Origin: a virus
Lineage: Duplodnaviria; Caudoviricetes
Direction: 5' to 3' (one strand)
IMG/VR virus record: IMGVR_UViG_3300028635_000030
Span: 1-30,931 of that record
Length of the DNA stretch: 30,931 nt
The notes below the pieces were generated by a model. That model saw only the letters and a program-made list of their open reading frames with translations, ran no database searches and was not told the origin of the DNA. Below, piece by piece: positions 26,294-30,931 of this stretch. A program made the position numbers and the translations under genes. Numbering within the stretch: position 1 is the stretch's first letter; every line of letters begins with the position of its first letter.

Positions 26294-27925
26294 ATGAATT
26301 TAATAGCTAATTTTCCTGGTGTTCCTCGCGCCATACAAGTAGATGCAATAAACGAAATAGAAGAGGCAATTCGAGCTAATAAAAAGTTTATTATTCTTTG
26401 TGCCCCTACTGGTAGTGGAAAAAGTCATATTGCAGCATCTGTATCATTAAGTTGTAAAAGTCCTCCTAAACGTTTCATTGATATGGTGGATGATCAAACT
26501 ATTTTTCAACGAGATGGACATAAAGGGTATATACATGATTCTAAAGCAGTGGCTGCTGGATATCATAGAGGCTGTGTATTAACGGTAACTAAAGCATTGC
26601 AGGATCAATATAAAGAATTATTTGGTGATAATGTAGCAATATTAAAAGGAAAAAACAATTATGAATGTATCATAGAGCCCACGTTAACATGTGATATGGC
26701 ATTTTGTTCAACAGAAAAGCAAGAATGCGATTCAAAGGGCGGTTGTCCTTATTATAATGCACGAAATAAAGCTCTTATAAGTAAGTTTTCTGTAATGAAT
26801 TATAGTATGGCATTACATTTACCTGATCACGTTATGCAAACTGAATTTTTAATTTGTGATGAGGCATCTGAATTAGAAGACGAATTAGTTGGTCATTTTT
26901 CAGTAGAAATAAACTATAAACAATTAATGACCGCCATGGGGGTTAATACTATAAATAAATTACTTAGTGAAGATCCTAAAGACGGAATGAAATGGCTCAC
27001 TAAGTTAAATGAAGATCTTACATACATTGTAATTCAATTGGAGAAAGACGTATTACTTAAAAGAAATAAAAGAACGAAGAAATTTAATAAAGAATTAAAA
27101 AGATACAGATATCTTAATGAATTAAGCAATAAAATACGTTTATTATTAAGTAATTGGTTTAAATCACAGATAATAATAGAACATACAGGTGATGATGTTT
27201 CGTTTGTTCCGTTACATGTTAACAATTTAGCGCATATGTTATTTGACCGTGCCCGGCATGTAATTTTAATGGCAGCGGTGATTATAGATCCCGCGCATCT
27301 AGCAAAGCAATTAGGCATTGATGATTATGCTTATATAGAATTAGGAAGTGTATTTGATCATGAGAAATCTCCTATATATTGTAGCGCAGCAAAATATGAT
27401 TTAGGATATAATAAAATAGATAAAAACTTACCTCATATAGCAAATCAAATAAAGAAAATAGTAGAACATTATAAAGATAGTAAAGGTGTAATACACACAC
27501 ATAATTTTAAAATTAATGAATATCTTAGACAATTTTTTAGAGGAGACCGAAGGTTTATATATAGAGAAGCGGGCATTAATAATGAAAAATTATTAGAAAT
27601 TCATAAAAATCGAAAAGATCCTACAGTATTAGTGTCTCCAAGTTTAGCATATGGAACAGATTTACCAGATGAATTGGGAAGATTTCAAATAGTAGTAAAA
27701 TTACCATATCCACCTTTAGGGTCAAAAAGGATTAAAACCTTGTTTGATAAAGACAAAGTATGGTATAAAAATAAAATGCTAACAACACTTATACAATCGT
27801 GTGGACGATGTACTAGACATTCAAATGATCATTCCGATACTTTTATATTAGATGGGCAAATATTAAGGGTATTAAAAGAAAATTGGATAAAATTGCCCAA
27901 GTTCTTTAAAGACAGAATACATTAA
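26294..27925 (+). CDS. DinG/XPD-family SF2 helicase with Fe-S Cys cluster
   Basis: R..Q Q-motif, APTGSGKS, LKGK.NY.C...C...C...CPY, DEAS, G.D, KLPYP, QSCGRCTR. Confidence 0.9.
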   Translation: MNLIANFPGVPRAIQVDAINEIEEAIRANKKFIILCAPTGSGKSHIAASVSLSCKSPPKRFIDMVDDQTIFQRDGHKGYIHDSKAVAAGYHRGCVLTVTKALQDQYKELFGDNVAILKGKNNYECIIEPTLTCDMAFCSTEKQECDSKGGCPYYNARNKALISKFSVMNYSMALHLPDHVMQTEFLICDEASELEDELVGHFSVEINYKQLMTAMGVNTINKLLSEDPKDGMKWLTKLNEDLTYIVIQLEKDVLLKRNKRTKKFNKELKRYRYLNELSNKIRLLLSNWFKSQIIIEHTGDDVSFVPLHVNNLAHMLFDRARHVILMAAVIIDPAHLAKQLGIDDYAYIELGSVFDHEKSPIYCSAAKYDLGYNKIDKNLPHIANQIKKIVEHYKDSKGVIHTHNFKINEYLRQFFRGDRRFIYREAGINNEKLLEIHKNRKDPTVLVSPSLAYGTDLPDELGRFQIVVKLPYPPLGSKRIKTLFDKDKVWYKNKMLTTLIQSCGRCTRHSNDHSDTFILDGQILRVLKENWIKLPKFFKDRIH

Positions 27926-27968
27926 TATTTGTTTACTGGACTAAATAATACTGAGAAAGTATTATAAT

Positions 27969-29117
27969 ATGCCACGTAAACAAACATTCCACTGGGAAGT
28001 AAGAAATATAATAGCTCAATTTGAAGACTTTTTAAACGAAATTGTTATAAAAAGATTTAATGCGAATAGAGAAGTACAAGATAAAATTAAAATTCCTTTA
28101 TTATGGGGTCATAAACAACGAGTTCTTCATGATTTAATAAATAAACAAGAGCACATAACCTTACCCTTAATTGCTGTTTGTATGGGAGGAATTAAGCGCG
28201 ATAAAGAAAGGGTTTTTAATAAGCATGAAGGACACTATGTTAATGCATTGGCGCCCGAAAAATATGCTTTTCATTTATTACAACCGGTTCCGGTAGATAT
28301 AACATTTAAAGTATCTATTATGACTAGGTATCAGATAGATATGGATCAAATTATAACCAATTTTGTTCCATATACTGATCCATATGTAATAATTAGTTGG
28401 CCTTGGCCAGACCCTATTACAGGGAAAACCCTTGAAATTCGAAGCGCGGTTATGTGGAATGAGGATATTACTATGGAATATCCGGAAGAATTAGAAAAAT
28501 CCACACCATTACGGTTTAATGCGGATACTTCTTTTACCGTTAAAGGATGGTTGTTTAAGAATTCCGAAAATATTGTTCGTCCTATTTATAGAATTGAACA
28601 TAATTTTACCGCAGTTAAACATCTTTATGATAACTATCAATTAATGAAATCTATGGAACAGCCTGGTATAAATTCAGAAACCTTATATGTATCGGGTCGC
28701 CCCTTTATTCAATCAGTTGCCCCATATGCAATATCTGTAAACAGACCGGCAACAATAACTGTTATAGGTAGCATGATGGATTATGTGTCGAGTGTATATG
28801 TAAGCGGTACTGAGGGAATGTTTAATAATGTATCTGAATATTTTCCAGTATCTGGTATTAGTAGTACACTGGTAAGTGGATCATTTTTACCATTTTCTGG
28901 TATAATGATTCCGACAAGTTCATGGCGGGTTATGGATAGAACCGCATTACAATTTACTATACCCCCACCATTATCTACGGGCAAAATGGATATTATATTA
29001 ACAAATGATGCGGGATATGGTCAATTAATAAAGGATACGAGCAGTATAGCCCCTACTATTACAAGCTTTAGATTTCCTTATGAAAACGGCATATCTGTCA
29101 TTGACACCGCACCATAA
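27969..29117 (+). CDS. gp15: gp15-like tail terminator/sheath stabilizer with C-terminal IPT/TIG-like Ig domain
   Basis: R..I..F...LN.I.I.R, IPL..G.KQ, LP.I, PVP.DI.F.V.I.T....D..QI...F.PY; C-terminal P.I.SV.P....ITV.G. Confidence 0.75.
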   Translation: MPRKQTFHWEVRNIIAQFEDFLNEIVIKRFNANREVQDKIKIPLLWGHKQRVLHDLINKQEHITLPLIAVCMGGIKRDKERVFNKHEGHYVNALAPEKYAFHLLQPVPVDITFKVSIMTRYQIDMDQIITNFVPYTDPYVIISWPWPDPITGKTLEIRSAVMWNEDITMEYPEELEKSTPLRFNADTSFTVKGWLFKNSENIVRPIYRIEHNFTAVKHLYDNYQLMKSMEQPGINSETLYVSGRPFIQSVAPYAISVNRPATITVIGSMMDYVSSVYVSGTEGMFNNVSEYFPVSGISSTLVSGSFLPFSGIMIPTSSWRVMDRTALQFTIPPPLSTGKMDIILTNDAGYGQLIKDTSSIAPTITSFRFPYENGISVIDTAP

Positions 29118-29120
29118 TAG

Positions 29121-29129
29121 GGTAAATAA
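29121..29129 (+). promoter_or_regulatory. Late-promoter-like motif GGTAAATAA before portal
   Basis: Followed by AGGAG RBS and ATG 29147. Confidence 0.7.
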
Positions 29130-29146
29130 ATTTAGGAGTATTATAT

Positions 29147-30931
29147 ATGGCTGACGGATTAGGCCCAGATATGGGCAGAAGTACACAGGGTACAAATAGA
29201 TTTATGAATAGTTTGTTATCAAAACTACCATATGCATATGGAGTTATTGATAATGCAAGAGAAAAAAATCCCAAATTTGACATATTTCATGATATATCTG
29301 AACGTAGGGAAAACAAGATACAAAGATTATCATTATTGCAAAAGCAAGATGATACATTTATGGGTGGTAATATATTGGATAAAGCATATCACCAATATAT
29401 GTACGCGGACTTAGACGCAGATAAAATCCGTCGAATTCAAGATTATCGTAGAATGGCTGCATATGCTGAATTATCTGATGCAATTGATGAAATATGTGAT
29501 GAATGTATTACAGAAAATAAACAAGGAGATATCGTTGAATTTACATTAAAAGGTCGATATGACAATAGTGTTCGTGAATCAATTAAAGACGAATGGCGCA
29601 ATTTTATAAATATATTTGATTTACCAGATAAGGGTTGGGCACAATTTAGAAGATTCCTTATTGAAGGTGAGTTATTTTATGAAAATTTAGTTCATAGTAA
29701 TCATAAAGATGCAGGTATAGTTGGTGTTGTTCCTATTCCAACAGAATTAATAAACCCCATATATGATACAGTTCAAAATCAGATAATTAAGGGTTATTTA
29801 TTGCGTAAGCCAAAGTTAAATCCTAAAAGAACTGCGATGGCTAAAGAAACAGAAGAATTAATAACATTAGATGCCAATCAAGTCACATATATTCATTCAG
29901 GAATATGGAATGAAGATGCAACTATTCGTTTACCATACATTGAAAATTCACGTAGAGCATATAAACAATTAAGTTTAATTGAGGATAGTATTGTAATTTA
30001 CAGATTAGTTCGCGCACCAGAAAGATTGGCTTTTTATATTGACGTAGGAAACGCTTCACCTCCTAAAGCTGAGGCTATTTTAAAAAGAGCAATGCAGTCA
30101 TATAGTAGTAAACGTAGTTTTTCAAATGGTCGTGTTACAAATATATATGATCCACAAAGTACATTGGACAATTATTGGTTTGCAAAACGTTCTAGTAATG
30201 ATGGTACAAAAGTAGAGTCGATACCAACTGGACAAAATTTAGGTCAGTTGGACGATTTAATGTATTTTCAAAAGAAATTATATAAATCATTGAAAGTTCC
30301 TCAAACCCGATTGGATCCAGCTGATACTTTTAAAGACGGAGCAGAAATTACGCGCGAAGAATTGCGTTTTTCTCGATTTATAATGAGAATTCAACGACAA
30401 TTTGCTAATGGTCTTAAAAATACCTTTATTGCTCATTTAAAATTACGCGGTTTATGGGATAAATTAAAAATTAATGAATACGAAATACAAATAGAATTTG
30501 CAGCACCATCTAATTTCCAAGTTGTTCGTGATCAACAAGTTTGGGAATTGATGTGGAATAACTTTAATAATATGTCACAAAACGAAATGATGGCAAAAAC
30601 TTATGGTCAACGTTATTTCTTAAAGATGGATGATGCACAAATTGCAGAGAATAGAGAATGGTTAAAACAAGATGCTGCATTAACTTGGGAATTGGATCAA
30701 ATCAGAACACAAGGCCCTAATTGGAGAGATCAATTAGCTAATATGGATCAAGCATTGTCAGATATTGGTGATTCCGGTGGACCTTCGGGTGGTAGAAGTT
30801 CCAGTGCACTGCCTTCTGGAGACGGTCCTAAGGGTGAATTACCCCCAGAATTCGGTCCAGCTGGTGGAGCAGGTGAGGGTGGCGATGCTAGTGGCGGCGC
30901 TACCAGTGGCGGCGCTACCAGTAGATCGGAA
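29147..30931 (+). CDS. gp20: Portal protein, T4 gp20-like (partial, runs off window; absent from ORF track)
   Basis: MADGLGPD...YRRMA...E..DAIDEI.DE; QL.LIED.IVIYRLVRAPERLAFYIDVGN; YF.KKLYK.L.VP..RL; EITREELRF; Gly-rich tail with SGGAT repeats. Confidence 0.95.
   Translation, partial: MADGLGPDMGRSTQGTNRFMNSLLSKLPYAYGVIDNAREKNPKFDIFHDISERRENKIQRLSLLQKQDDTFMGGNILDKAYHQYMYADLDADKIRRIQDYRRMAAYAELSDAIDEICDECITENKQGDIVEFTLKGRYDNSVRESIKDEWRNFINIFDLPDKGWAQFRRFLIEGELFYENLVHSNHKDAGIVGVVPIPTELINPIYDTVQNQIIKGYLLRKPKLNPKRTAMAKETEELITLDANQVTYIHSGIWNEDATIRLPYIENSRRAYKQLSLIEDSIVIYRLVRAPERLAFYIDVGNASPPKAEAILKRAMQSYSSKRSFSNGRVTNIYDPQSTLDNYWFAKRSSNDGTKVESIPTGQNLGQLDDLMYFQKKLYKSLKVPQTRLDPADTFKDGAEITREELRFSRFIMRIQRQFANGLKNTFIAHLKLRGLWDKLKINEYEIQIEFAAPSNFQVVRDQQVWELMWNNFNNMSQNEMMAKTYGQRYFLKMDDAQIAENREWLKQDAALTWELDQIRTQGPNWRDQLANMDQALSDIGDSGGPSGGRSSSALPSGDGPKGELPPEFGPAGGAGEGGDASGGATSGGATSRSE

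Noticed and set aside
1376-29414. Short ORF-track entries overlapping longer genes (e.g. 1376-, 1522-, 3606-, 9469-, 16902+, 24112-, 27034-, 29098-, 29232+)
   Set aside because: Antisense or off-frame shadows of well-supported CDSs with no motifs; 29232+ lies inside the portal gene.
1-30931. Stop-codon reassignment as in some large phages
   Set aside because: Recognisable genes are full-length in the standard code; TAA, TAG and TGA all end genes at tight junctions.
1-30931. tRNA/rRNA genes and folE
   Set aside because: No cloverleaf-like sequence seen in the few intergenic gaps and no GTP cyclohydrolase I motifs; folE may lie outside the window or be host-supplied.

Overview
AT-rich, gene-dense fragment of a large T4-like (myovirus-type) phage genome. 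T4-superfamily core genes are present in a rearranged order: partial UvsW, UvsY, primase gp61, clamp-loader gp62, GroES/gp31-like, gp15-like tail terminator and partial portal gp20. Accessory content: (1) a 7-deazaguanine DNA-modification locus (QueD-like + QueD + thioredoxin + QueE + FNR-type reductase + TGT/DpdA-like + NDT-like + NMP-kinase-like), with QueC and a DUF366-like gene about 9 kb downstream; (2) about a dozen probable internal-head proteins sharing an N-terminal 'M..F....[IL]xE' leader, mostly behind a GGTAAATAA/TAAATA late-promoter motif, including a KxDG ligase-like enzyme coupled to a HIGH nucleotidyltransferase; (3) a TnpB-only IS200/IS605 element (20254-21522) whose ends and empty target site can be reconstructed, with a T4-type late box just upstream of tnpB; (4) hsp20 preceded by a four-hairpin ROSE-like RNA thermometer; (5) several sigma70 promoters placed to give leaderless mRNAs. 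All family calls are motif recognition by eye; no searches were run.
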